NCBI RefSeq assembly: GCF_000341395.1
Contig: NC_020304.1
Location: forward strand, 2,790,001-2,822,000
Direction of reading: 5' to 3'
Source of the DNA: Desulfocapsa sulfexigens DSM 10523
GTDB lineage: Bacteria > Desulfobacterota > Desulfobulbia > Desulfobulbales > Desulfocapsaceae
Length of the DNA stretch: 32,000 nt
Position numbers and translations under genes: made by a program. Of this stretch, positions 19,558 through 28,729 are shown piece after piece. Below the pieces are notes generated by a model. The model saw only the letters and a list, made by a program, of their open reading frames with translations. It had not been told where the DNA came from and made no database searches. The first letter of the stretch is position 1. Each line of letters starts with the position of its first letter.

Positions 19558-22500
19558 TTAGGAGGCTTTTGCCTGGCCCCAGCGTTTTTGTTTGTGACTG
19601 ATAAGCGTTTTTTTTCTGTATGACAGCGCTTTGTATCCAAGAATTTTTTCGGTTTCATCCGTGAATTCGCGGCATGGTCTTACTGTCAAATCCTTCAAAA
19701 TTTCAATATCGACCTCTCCCTGGCCGGGAAAATGCATGGTAAGAAGCAGGGGGCAGTTACCGTGGTAGCGGTATAACACCTGTTTCAGGGATTCCAGACG
19801 TTTCCGGCTGATCTTTTCACTGTTAAGCTTGATTTTTATTGACTCCGTATGCTTTTCTCTGGCCTGGGGCAGCAATTCAAGGGATTCGGCAATAATCTTT
19901 GGCCCTCGTTCATCGATTTGCACGGTTCCCTGAACAATTATCGTTTCAGTGGACGAGAGCAGGGGGTAACATTCTGCAAAAGTATTTGGAAAGACGATAA
20001 CCTCCACAGCATTTAGAAGATCTTCAATGGTAATAAAGGCCATAAGATCGCCTTTCTTACTTTTCAGCTGCTTACAGCTGCGGATTAGTCCGCCAATCCT
20101 TACCGGCTGATCTTCACTATATTCAGCAAGACCAGCAATGTCAGTGTCGGTGATGGTTTTAATCTCTGCAATATCCTCATCAAGCGGGTGGCCGGTAATA
20201 TAGAAACCAACAGTTTCCTTTTCCATGGTGAGGCGCTCCCGTTCTTCCCACTCAGGAATATCAGGAAGGATAATTCCGCTTTTGTCCGTTGTGTCCGTTG
20301 CAGGAGACAGGCCAAAAAGAGACATCTGACCGCTTTGTTTGTCACGTTGTACAGCCTTTGCTTTGTCCATGGCCTGGTCAACAATGGCCATGAGTTGAGA
20401 ACGCCTGCAGCCCACCGAATCAAATGAACCTGATTTGATAAGACTTTCGATGACTCGTGAGTTTACTTTTCTTGAATCAACACGGTTACAGAAGTCTTCA
20501 AGGGATGTGTATTTTCCACCAGCTTCCCGTTCCTCAATGATTGAGTGGAGGGCAGACTTCCCGACATTCTTTACAGCGGCAAGTCCAAAACGGACCCTGT
20601 CGTTATGTACCGAGAAATCGATAAGTGATTCATTGATGTCAGGAGGCATCACTTCAATGGAATGCTCTCTGCACTCATTGATATACGAAACAACCTTATC
20701 CGTATTGTTCATGTCGCAGGAGAGGAGGGCGGCCATAAACTGGGCAGGATAATGGGCTTTGAGGTAGGCGGTCTGGTATGAAATAAGGGCGTAGGCAGCA
20801 GAATGGGATTTGTTAAAGCCGTATCCCGCAAATTTTGCCATCAGGTCAAAAACATACTCAGCCTTTTTTTCATCAACATTGTTTTTCTTGGCACCCTCCA
20901 TGAATTTGATTTTTTCTTCATTCATGACCTCGACTTTCTTTTTCCCCATGGCCCGCCGTAAAATATCGGCATCACCCAGGCTGTAATTTGCCAGAATGTT
21001 GGCAATTTTCATAACCTGTTCCTGGTAGACAATAACGCCGTAGGTCTCTTCAAGAACGGGCTTGAGCTGTGGCAGCGGGTAATTGGCAGTGGCCCGGCCA
21101 TGTTTGGTCTCAACAAAATCATCAACCATACCGGAGTCGAGAGGTCCCGGACGATAGAGAGCAACAAGTGCAATGAGATCGCTGAACTGTGCAGGTGCCA
21201 TCTTTACCAGTAGTTCACGCATCCCTGAACTTTCAAGCTGAAAGACACCTAGGGCGTCTCCCGAGCAGAGTAGTTCAAAGGTCTTGATATCATCCATGGG
21301 CAGAGCGTTGATGTCAAGGTCAGTACCAATGTCCGCTTTGATGTGTTTTAAAGCGTAGTCAATTACGGTGAGGGTTTTGAGTCCAAGGAAATCGAATTTG
21401 ATGAGCCCGGTCATTTCAGTATGCTTCATATCATACTGGGTTAATGTCTCTCCTTCTTTTCCCTTGCAGGTAGGCAGATACTCAACCATGGGTTTTGGGG
21501 AGACGACCACGCCGGCTGCATGGGTGGATGTATGGCGAGCAAGTCCTTCAAGGGTCTGGGCGACTTTTATAAGTTCCGCAATGCGTGGATCCTTGTTTGC
21601 TGCATCAGCAAGACGTGGTTCCTCGTCGATGGCCTTGTCAATGGTCATTTTCAGGGCATCGGGAACGAGTTTTGCTATTTTGTCCACTTCATTGAATGGA
21701 ATATCCAGTGCTCTGCCAACGTCCCGGATAACGCCCTTTGCCTTCATAGAGCCAAAGGTGATAATCTGGGCCACATTGGGAGCGCCACCGTACTTCTGAC
21801 GGACATAGTCAATCACTTCACCGCGCCTGTCCTGGCAGAAATCAATATCAAAGTCAGGCATACTGATTCGTTCAGGATTGAGAAATCTCTCGAAAATAAG
21901 ACCGTAGGGAATCGGGTCAATATTAGTGATACGCATGGCATAGGCTGCCAGACTGCCGGCTCCGGATCCACGACCCGGTCCAACGGGAATTTGATGGTCT
22001 ATGGCCCAGTTAATAAAGTCAGCAACAATAAGGAAATATCCGGGAAAACCCATGGAATTGATGATGCCGATTTCATACTCAAGACGCGCCGTATATTGTT
22101 CTTTCACCTCTTTGCTGAAGGTTCCTGCTTCCCGCATTGCAGCAAAGCGATCCTTAAGGCCATCCCGACATGCATCAATAAACATTGTTTCAAGGGTCTC
22201 ACCTTCGGGCACGGGAAATTCTGGGAAATGATACCCCTCAAGATCAATTTCAAGATTACAGCGATCGGCTACTTCAATGGTGTTTGCAAGTGCCTCGGGG
22301 TGATCCCTGAAGCTGTCCTGCATCTCCTCTGGAGTTTTAAAGTAGAAGGTGTCTGAGGAAAAGCTGAAATGTTTTGGGTCATTAATGGTTTTGCCGGTCT
22401 GAATACAGAGCAGGACTTCATGGGCGTGGGCATCTTCCCGATTCAGGTAGTGACAATCGTTGGTGGCAACGAGTTTGATTCCGAGTTCTTTGGATATTGT

Positions 22501-23073
22501 AATAAGACCATGATTGGCGGTCTTCTGTTCAGGAATTGAGTTCTCCTGAAGTTCCAGGTAGAATCTGTCTCCGAAAATATCCTGGAATTGTCTCGCTTTT
22601 TCTCTGGCAGCATCAAGACCTTTGTGAACGACAAGCCAGGGAACTTCTCCATGAAGACAGGCGCTGAGGCAGATTAAACCATCACTGTGGGATTCAAGTA
22701 CCTCCATATCAATTCTGGGTCTGGAGTAGAATCCCTCAAACTGCGCAATTCCGGAGAGTTTCATTAGGTTCTGGTAGCCCTGGTAATTCATGGCCAGCAG
22801 AACTATATGATAGGCTTTGGTAGGAGCAGAGGCATTACGCTCTGTTCGGTGGCCGGGTGCAATATAAAATTCACACCCGACGATGGGTTTTATTCCTTTG
22901 GCCTTTGCCTTCAGGTAAAATTCCAGCGCCCCGTACATGGCACCATGGTCGGTCATTGCGACGGATTCCATTCCATACTTCTTACACTTGGCAAGGAGAT
23001 CTGGAACGCGAATAGCGCCGTCGAGGAGACTGTATTGGGTGTGGACGTGGAGGTGGGCGAATCCGGCTGACAT
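19558..23073 (-). CDS. dnaE: DNA polymerase III alpha subunit
   Basis: 1171 aa; FAHLHVHTQYSLLDGAIRVPDLLAKCKKYGMESVAMTDHGAMYG; GPGRGSGAGSLAAYAMRITNIDPIPYGLIFERFLNPERISMPDFDIDFCQDRR; EVIDYVRQKYG; GFNKSHSAAYALISYQTAYLKAHYPAQFMAALL. Confidence 0.98.
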   Translation of the reverse strand: MSAGFAHLHVHTQYSLLDGAIRVPDLLAKCKKYGMESVAMTDHGAMYGALEFYLKAKAKGIKPIVGCEFYIAPGHRTERNASAPTKAYHIVLLAMNYQGYQNLMKLSGIAQFEGFYSRPRIDMEVLESHSDGLICLSACLHGEVPWLVVHKGLDAAREKARQFQDIFGDRFYLELQENSIPEQKTANHGLITISKELGIKLVATNDCHYLNREDAHAHEVLLCIQTGKTINDPKHFSFSSDTFYFKTPEEMQDSFRDHPEALANTIEVADRCNLEIDLEGYHFPEFPVPEGETLETMFIDACRDGLKDRFAAMREAGTFSKEVKEQYTARLEYEIGIINSMGFPGYFLIVADFINWAIDHQIPVGPGRGSGAGSLAAYAMRITNIDPIPYGLIFERFLNPERISMPDFDIDFCQDRRGEVIDYVRQKYGGAPNVAQIITFGSMKAKGVIRDVGRALDIPFNEVDKIAKLVPDALKMTIDKAIDEEPRLADAANKDPRIAELIKVAQTLEGLARHTSTHAAGVVVSPKPMVEYLPTCKGKEGETLTQYDMKHTEMTGLIKFDFLGLKTLTVIDYALKHIKADIGTDLDINALPMDDIKTFELLCSGDALGVFQLESSGMRELLVKMAPAQFSDLIALVALYRPGPLDSGMVDDFVETKHGRATANYPLPQLKPVLEETYGVIVYQEQVMKIANILANYSLGDADILRRAMGKKKVEVMNEEKIKFMEGAKKNNVDEKKAEYVFDLMAKFAGYGFNKSHSAAYALISYQTAYLKAHYPAQFMAALLSCDMNNTDKVVSYINECREHSIEVMPPDINESLIDFSVHNDRVRFGLAAVKNVGKSALHSIIEEREAGGKYTSLEDFCNRVDSRKVNSRVIESLIKSGSFDSVGCRRSQLMAIVDQAMDKAKAVQRDKQSGQMSLFGLSPATDTTDKSGIILPDIPEWEERERLTMEKETVGFYITGHPLDEDIAEIKTITDTDIAGLAEYSEDQPVRIGGLIRSCKQLKSKKGDLMAFITIEDLLNAVEVIVFPNTFAECYPLLSSTETIIVQGTVQIDERGPKIIAESLELLPQAREKHTESIKIKLNSEKISRKRLESLKQVLYRYHGNCPLLLTMHFPGQGEVDIEILKDLTVRPCREFTDETEKILGYKALSYRKKTLISHKQKRWGQAKAS

Positions 23074-23075
23074 GT

Positions 23076-24014
23076 TTATTTGAGTCCCTTTACACCCTCC
23101 TGGAGGGTATTTTCAAAAATACAACCCTCTGTGTCAGCACCGGTGAAATCAACCTGAATGAGGTTTGATCCGGTGAAGTCAGCGCCTGAGAGGTTGGCAT
23201 CCTTAAGATTAGCACCCGGCAGGTTTGTGCTGAGCAGGGTGGCGCCTGAAAGGTTGGCACCTTCAAGATTGGCACGACGCAGATTGGCACGACTAAGATC
23301 AGCTCTTTTGAGGTTGGCACCCTTGAGGTTGGCACCGACAAGATATGCCTTGCGAAGATCGGCATCTTCAAAGTTGCAGTTGGGACAATCCTGAGCCATT
23401 GTCTTCACGCTGTGTTTTACCTCTTCCTGTGAGGTACTCGAAACACTGTTCGTAGAAACGGGGACAGGAACTGGAGTGGCTTCAGGGACGGATTGTGTAG
23501 TGGTTGGTTCGTTGGAACGGCGGGTTGCCTGTCCCTGACTTAAGCTGCTACGGACATAGGCTGTTTTTTTGTCTTTTTTGTTCTTGATGGCCATTCCCTG
23601 GGAATTACCGGAAGAGGCCTTTGCAGTGTAGGCAAGTGCGCCATTACTGGTAAACAGGAGGTACTGATCGCTCTCGGGATCCTTATAGGTTGAATAGCAA
23701 TTTATATCACCAAAATACCAGACGTTAAATTTGATACAGAGTTTTCCATCACTTGCAATATCCCAGGTTCCGAAATCAGTGCTATTGTTAAAGATAGAAC
23801 CCGCAGAAAGGGAACCATCCTGGCTGAAATAGATATAGGAGTCAAAGTCGGAAGAAATGAGGCGAAGCGTGTTTCCGGAGGTCAGGTCAAATATTTCCTG
23901 AGTATTTAATGCAGCAGCTCCTTTTTCCTCAGCTCTGTTGGCAGTGGATGGCGCGCAGTTTGAAAGAGCTAGAAGGACGAAGATGCATAAGAGTTTCGAT
24001 AGGTAGTGAGTCAA
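23076..24014 (-). CDS. Exported pentapeptide-repeat protein (possible lipoprotein)
   Basis: N-terminal hydrophobic signal ending at a Cys (LLCIFVLLALSNC), a small N-terminal domain, a low-complexity Thr/Ser/Pro linker, then about 16 pentapeptides (FEDADL RKAYL VGANL KGANL KRADL SRANL ...). Confidence 0.85.
   Translation of the reverse strand: MTHYLSKLLCIFVLLALSNCAPSTANRAEEKGAAALNTQEIFDLTSGNTLRLISSDFDSYIYFSQDGSLSAGSIFNNSTDFGTWDIASDGKLCIKFNVWYFGDINCYSTYKDPESDQYLLFTSNGALAYTAKASSGNSQGMAIKNKKDKKTAYVRSSLSQGQATRRSNEPTTTQSVPEATPVPVPVSTNSVSSTSQEEVKHSVKTMAQDCPNCNFEDADLRKAYLVGANLKGANLKRADLSRANLRRANLEGANLSGATLLSTNLPGANLKDANLSGADFTGSNLIQVDFTGADTEGCIFENTLQEGVKGLK
23130..23372 (-). repeat. Tandem 15-bp coding repeats encoding A(D/N)LxX pentapeptides
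   Basis: About 16 consecutive pentapeptide units (residues 215-295 of the ORF), visible on + strand as recurring ...GGTTGGCACC... units every 15 bp. Confidence 0.85.
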
Positions 24015-24146
24015 AATCTTTCTCCTGTAGAAGAGGAAATGAGCAAAGGTACAAACACAGGGGAGAACATACCATACTCATCGTGACAATGCACTTTGAA
24101 AGGGCCATAAAAATCACGATATTCGGAGAAAAATATATGGAAACTG

Positions 24147-24950
24147 TCAGGCTTTTATGTTGAAACGCTCCTGTAGTTTTTGGTAGGAGACGAGTGTTTC
24201 CTGACGTTCTGATGGGGTTAGGAAGGATTCCAGTTTAGTTCTGAGGATTATGGGATTCATTTCAGAATCGATGGCAATAACACCCTCCATGATAATTTTC
24301 TGCAGCAATAATTCCTGGTTGGTACGTTCTCGGAGAAAGGAGGCGAAGGGAAGGAAAAAGAAATTGGCAAAGACGATGCCGTATAGCGTTGAAGTAAGGG
24401 CGATGGGGACAGCCTTTAAAATAACTGATGTATCTCCAATACCACCAAGCATGGAGATGAGTCCCACAACACTACCGGTGATCCCGAAAGCAGGGAAAAA
24501 GTCAGCAATGGTCCGAAGGACACGCTCTGAATCTTCTCGCCGCATTCTGAAAAAATAGATTTCAGTATTGAGAATGTCGCGTATCTGTTCAACTTTGTAG
24601 CCATCGACAAGGCAGCCGAGAGCACGTCTTAAAAAAAGGATGGAGGTCTCATTCTCTTCCTCCTGAAGGGAGAGAATTCCCTGCATTCGTGATTTAATGG
24701 ATAGATCGATCAGGATACGGACAATCTCAGTTTCTTTCTTGATTTTTTTACCATAATTTGCCCGCAGTACCTTTGAAACAATGCCTAGCTGTTCAATCTT
24801 AAAACTGAGCAGTGCGGCCCCGGCAGTTCCACCCAGTACAATTAGGATTCCTGAGACATTAAAATAGAGACTAAGGTTTCCATTAATAAAAAAGCCTAAA
24901 CAGAAAATAAGGATACAGAGGAGGAGTCCGATAAAGTTTTTATTTTTCAT
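24147..24950 (-). CDS. MotA-like (MotA/TolQ/ExbB family) proton-channel subunit
   Basis: N-terminal GLLLCILIFCLGFFINGNLSLYFNVSGILIVLGGTAGAALLSF; FFPAFGITGSVVGLISML..AVPIALTSTLYGIVFANFFFLPFASFLRER, matching MotA TM3/TM4. Confidence 0.85.
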   Translation of the reverse strand: MKNKNFIGLLLCILIFCLGFFINGNLSLYFNVSGILIVLGGTAGAALLSFKIEQLGIVSKVLRANYGKKIKKETEIVRILIDLSIKSRMQGILSLQEEENETSILFLRRALGCLVDGYKVEQIRDILNTEIYFFRMRREDSERVLRTIADFFPAFGITGSVVGLISMLGGIGDTSVILKAVPIALTSTLYGIVFANFFFLPFASFLRERTNQELLLQKIIMEGVIAIDSEMNPIILRTKLESFLTPSERQETLVSYQKLQERFNIKA

Positions 24951-24963
24951 AGGGGTATATTTT

Positions 24964-26163
24964 TTATAGGAGGTTATCCGAAGTTGCTTTTATTGCTGGG
25001 GCCAGGCGTTTGGAAATAATGATTTCGACACGTCTGTTTGCAGCACGATTCTCGACATTGGTATTTGGTCTTCTCGGTCGCTGGGACCCGTAGCCTGAAA
25101 CAATAAACTGTGCCGGGTTCATTCCCATTTCATTAATGAGGAATCTGGCAACACTGCTTGCCCGTACAACTGAGAGTTCCCAGTTTGAGGCAAAACGGGA
25201 AGAGTGCATGGGTTGATTGTCTGTGTGACCTATGACGTTGATCATATAAGGAGAATTTTTAATGACTGCAGTAAGTTTTGTAAGAGATTGCCTGGCAGCA
25301 TTTGAGAGGTCAGCCTGACCGGTATAAAAGAGCAGATCCCCGGTAAGAATAATGCGCATGGTTTTATCGGGTACAAGATCTATGGAGGCAAACTGATCCA
25401 GCGCACCGTCGCTGAGAGCCTGTTGACTCATGTCATACATTTCACTGAATGTCGTCGTTTTCTTGACTTCTGGCAACGCCTGCTCTTCTGCTATGATGAT
25501 AGGTGCAGGCTCTATGATGTCTTTTGGCAGGGGGGAGGGGACGGGAGAAGCCATTTCAGGGGGATTGGATTCGGAAATTCTGGATTCATCAACTGCTTTG
25601 TCCAGGGAAGGTTCGACGTAAACGGTATTTTCTTCGAAGATCCCATCGACATCAATATCGTTGATTTGAATTTTTTCGATCTTTTTTACTGTTCCAGAGT
25701 TGATTAGAGGGGCAGGCCGATTCAATGGCATGATAGGAACAATAAGATCACCGTCACCCAGGATATCAAGAGCTTCTGTTGTGCTGCCGCCTATGATTTC
25801 CGGAGTGTTAGTCAGGAGGAATTCTTCGTTAGATGCCTGATAGACAAACATGGTCAGGAAAAGAATAAACATGGTCATCATCAGATCCGACCAGGCAACA
25901 GACCAGTGCACCGGGCGTGAAAGGCGCGCGCGATAGAAGGAATCTTCGATGACAAAACTGTTCATTGAAAAGCTTCCGCCACCTGAAGGGTGTGTCGGAT
26001 AAGTGTGTGAACTAACAGTATCCGCCCCTTCGGGTACATCAGTTAAAGAGTGGTCTGTTGCAATATCTGGCTGCTCGCTCATGTATGGTGTCTTGGGTGC
26101 GGTTTGATTAGGTACCTGTAAATCCTTACTCGTATATATATCGGTAGAAAAGCTGAAAATCAA
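24964..26163 (-). CDS. MotB-like protein with C-terminal OmpA-like peptidoglycan-binding domain
   Basis: Single TM with Asp in MotB position (HWSVAWSDLMMTMFILFLTMFVYQ), long Pro/Glu-rich linker, OmpA/MotB domain (VIGHTDNQPMHSSRFASNWELSVVRASSVARFLI..RRPNTNVENRAANRRVEIII); adjacent to motA-like gene. True start uncertain. Confidence 0.85.
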   Translation of the reverse strand: MIFSFSTDIYTSKDLQVPNQTAPKTPYMSEQPDIATDHSLTDVPEGADTVSSHTYPTHPSGGGSFSMNSFVIEDSFYRARLSRPVHWSVAWSDLMMTMFILFLTMFVYQASNEEFLLTNTPEIIGGSTTEALDILGDGDLIVPIMPLNRPAPLINSGTVKKIEKIQINDIDVDGIFEENTVYVEPSLDKAVDESRISESNPPEMASPVPSPLPKDIIEPAPIIIAEEQALPEVKKTTTFSEMYDMSQQALSDGALDQFASIDLVPDKTMRIILTGDLLFYTGQADLSNAARQSLTKLTAVIKNSPYMINVIGHTDNQPMHSSRFASNWELSVVRASSVARFLINEMGMNPAQFIVSGYGSQRPRRPNTNVENRAANRRVEIIISKRLAPAIKATSDNLL

Positions 26164-26306
26164 AAGGAATTTGTGAGTAGGTTATTGTTCAGGAGAGCGT
26201 TGTTCGTCGTATGGATGATTGGTTTTCAATTTATAAATCCGCGGATAGTACTGTTTTCCTTGCTGGTCAGCCACTTTTTATCGATATCAATATCAAATTT
26301 CATTGT

Positions 26307-27245
26307 TTAACTGCCTGTATGAAAATATTTCATTTCATACACACTCGATCTGACTTGTCCGGTCTCAAGGGAGGGACCAACCGGCAATGAGGTAGTACCA
26401 TCGAAAAACGCTGGCAATAAATGGCAAAACTCCAGAGTGTCGTACACCGCACGCTCTTTCATTGCTTGTAGTGTGGTGATGTGTGGCTCATTGGTTACCG
26501 TGTCAAAGTAAGTTAATTCACCCGTCACGTCTGATGGAGTATAGTACTTGTGCTGATGGTACGAAAGTTGTTTGATCGCTTGTAAACTTTTGGGGAGCAG
26601 TGGTTCGCTAAGAGCCATAATATTGACCAAAAAACCATTGATAAAGAGTTTGCGCGCATAATTAAAATTTTTGTAAGATCTTAATATGTCATCAATAATC
26701 AATCGCACACCATATTTCTTGTATTCTATACCGTTGGAGAAAATCACCTCTAGATACTGCCTGGCATCTTTGTACATGGCACTGATATCATATGCCTTGT
26801 GGCTATTTGCATCTTTCTCCAAGCAGCAGTCGATTACACATTCGATTTCGCGATGTTTTTGCACAGCAATCTTTCGTTTAACAGGATCTGTGTCGTAAGA
26901 GTTCCCGGTCATATAATAGACGAAAGGGTGAAAATTGATATCGACGAAGATATGGGAAGCAAAACCGATTGTAAAGGCTCGTACTACCGCCTTATCAGGT
27001 TTGTCGGCTTGGTTGTACAGATTAATCAGTCCCTCGACAAAATAGAAACTATCTTCTTTGTTGGAACCATGAAACTTGTCAGGCAACCTAGCCAGTATTT
27101 CTTTGTCCCTTTTGATGTAGTAATAGAGCACATCATGAAAAACAGCACCTAGCAAGACAACGTTTCTGTATTCAGGTCTGATATTGATCGTTCTATGTTT
27201 GCACACTTCATCGGCTATCAGCCAATGGGTCACTTCTTTTGGCAT
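26307..27245 (-). CDS. Zinc-dependent phospholipase C-like (Zn_dep_PLPC-type) family protein
   Basis: N-terminal PKEVTHWLIADEV, LLGAVFHDVLYYYIK, AFTIGFASHIFVDINFHPFVYYMTG, KHREIECVIDCCL: spaced His/Asp/Glu pattern of this family. SD AAGGG upstream of ATG 27245. Confidence 0.6.
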   Translation of the reverse strand: MPKEVTHWLIADEVCKHRTINIRPEYRNVVLLGAVFHDVLYYYIKRDKEILARLPDKFHGSNKEDSFYFVEGLINLYNQADKPDKAVVRAFTIGFASHIFVDINFHPFVYYMTGNSYDTDPVKRKIAVQKHREIECVIDCCLEKDANSHKAYDISAMYKDARQYLEVIFSNGIEYKKYGVRLIIDDILRSYKNFNYARKLFINGFLVNIMALSEPLLPKSLQAIKQLSYHQHKYYTPSDVTGELTYFDTVTNEPHITTLQAMKERAVYDTLEFCHLLPAFFDGTTSLPVGPSLETGQVRSSVYEMKYFHTGS

Positions 27246-27440
27246 CAAGTACCCTTTTATAATGACATTATTTGTACATTTTTCATCTGGTCCCTTTTAC
27301 TTCACGTATGCGCGAAAAGCTTTTTTTGTCAATTATCATATATCGTTTAGGTGGGTTCAAAATTTCGGAGTATCCTCCAGCTGGTCAATCCACGCTGAGG
27401 TCTGGCCATGTTATCAAGTTACAACTAAAGATTAACATCC

Positions 27441-28565
27441 CTATTGTTCTTTGAACTCTCTACTGTGTAGATGTTGCAGGAGTTGCTCCGGGCTATTGAT
27501 AAATTGCTCAACATCTTTGCTGAGAGCGAAGAATTCATCGTTAAACCCTGAGATAAGGTTACGCTGTTCCCATCGTGAAATGTAGTAGTCTATAAGTTCA
27601 GGGAGTTTTGAGTAAATGGTCTGTTCCGGCCACGGGTCAATAAATGAAGATCTTCTGAGTTTGCTGTTGTCCAGAGTCTGTGTTTTATAGAACTGGCTTA
27701 AGAACATAAGTTCTGCTGGCATTTTAGTGTAAATTCCAATCCTTAACAGTCCTTTGAGTAACCTTTTCAGAACAGCTGAGCCAAATTGTGCAACCGGGAG
27801 TGGCAGGAAGATATTTCTTGGTTTTTTGACGCCCAGAAAACTTTTTATTGTCTGGATCAGGTGTACAAGCTCAACAGGTTCTGAATCGACAAAATTATAG
27901 AATTCCCCGGTGAATTCATCGCGGTTGATGAGGGCATGGTGGATGAAGTATGGGACTTTTTCAGCATTGGAATAGGAGTGTTGAACTCCTTTAGCCGTTA
28001 AGAAAAGTGGCATTGCCTGATCGGCAATCGAGTGAAGCAGGCGATGGAAACCCTGGGTTTTGTGGTCGTGTTGTCCATAAACGATACCGAGCCTGATGGC
28101 TGTGAAATCGAGCCCTTCCTTCTCATACATATGCTGGAGTGTTCTCTCGCTCATGAGCTTTGACTTCGCGTAATTGGAAAGAGTCGGGCTAAGGTTAAGT
28201 TGTTGCTCCTCTGTGAGGAGTCTTCCCATGGGGAGAACAGCAGCTGAACTGATGTGAATATAAGGAATCTTGAGGTTAAGGGCAATCTTTGCCAGATTGA
28301 TACAGCCCAGATAATTGATTGTATAGGCGAGTTGTGGATCGGCGTCAATCGCTGCAATTGCGGAGTTAATTATAAAATCTGGCTTCCAGCGTCTGGTGTA
28401 GCGTTCTATGTCCTTTTTGCTGCCAAGGCTCATAGTTTTCGAATTAGGCGAAAGGATTTCAATGTTATTACCGCAGTACGATTTGAAATAATGGACCATG
28501 GTTCCACCAATCAGACCGGTACCGCCAACAATGATGCCCCGCTTTTTTTTTGATTGCCGTGTCAT
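27441..28565 (-). CDS. NAD-dependent epimerase/dehydratase (extended SDR, RmlD-like)
   Basis: KRGIIVGGTGLIGGTMVHYFKSYCG (GxxGxxG), FIINSAIAAIDADPQLAYTINYLGCINLAKIALNLKIPYIHISSAAVLP, YAKSKLMSERTLQHM (YxxxK). Confidence 0.8.
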   Translation of the reverse strand: MTRQSKKKRGIIVGGTGLIGGTMVHYFKSYCGNNIEILSPNSKTMSLGSKKDIERYTRRWKPDFIINSAIAAIDADPQLAYTINYLGCINLAKIALNLKIPYIHISSAAVLPMGRLLTEEQQLNLSPTLSNYAKSKLMSERTLQHMYEKEGLDFTAIRLGIVYGQHDHKTQGFHRLLHSIADQAMPLFLTAKGVQHSYSNAEKVPYFIHHALINRDEFTGEFYNFVDSEPVELVHLIQTIKSFLGVKKPRNIFLPLPVAQFGSAVLKRLLKGLLRIGIYTKMPAELMFLSQFYKTQTLDNSKLRRSSFIDPWPEQTIYSKLPELIDYYISRWEQRNLISGFNDEFFALSKDVEQFINSPEQLLQHLHSREFKEQ

Positions 28566-28729
28566 TATGCTTTGAGTATCAGGTATCCTGAGTTACTGTC
28601 ATTGAAGAATGATGGGAACTGTTCCTGATCATCTCTTGTTTAACAGAAGAAAATTAAAAAAAACAGGTGAAAGGAATTAGTAAGCCTGCCATACCCATTT
28701 TTTATACACTGTACCCTACAGGATCAACA

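Noticed and set aside
21520-22356. 278-aa plus-strand ORF (and 21368-21799, 20435-20752) opposite dnaE
   Set aside because: Shadow frames of a highly conserved, unambiguous dnaE coding sequence; no recognisable domains or RBS.
23130-23372. Regular 15-bp periodic repeats considered as CRISPR or minisatellite
   Set aside because: No spacers; the period is an exact multiple of 3 and translates into pentapeptide repeats, so it is protein-coding.
26316-26341. Inverted repeat TGTATGAAA / TTTCATACA considered as a terminator
   Set aside because: It lies within the last codons of the 26307-27245 ORF and has no U-tract in the transcription direction; functional role unsupported.
27184-27435. 83-aa plus-strand ORF in and beyond the intergenic gap
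   Set aside because: Mostly overlaps the start of the reverse-strand PLC-like gene, no convincing RBS or domain.
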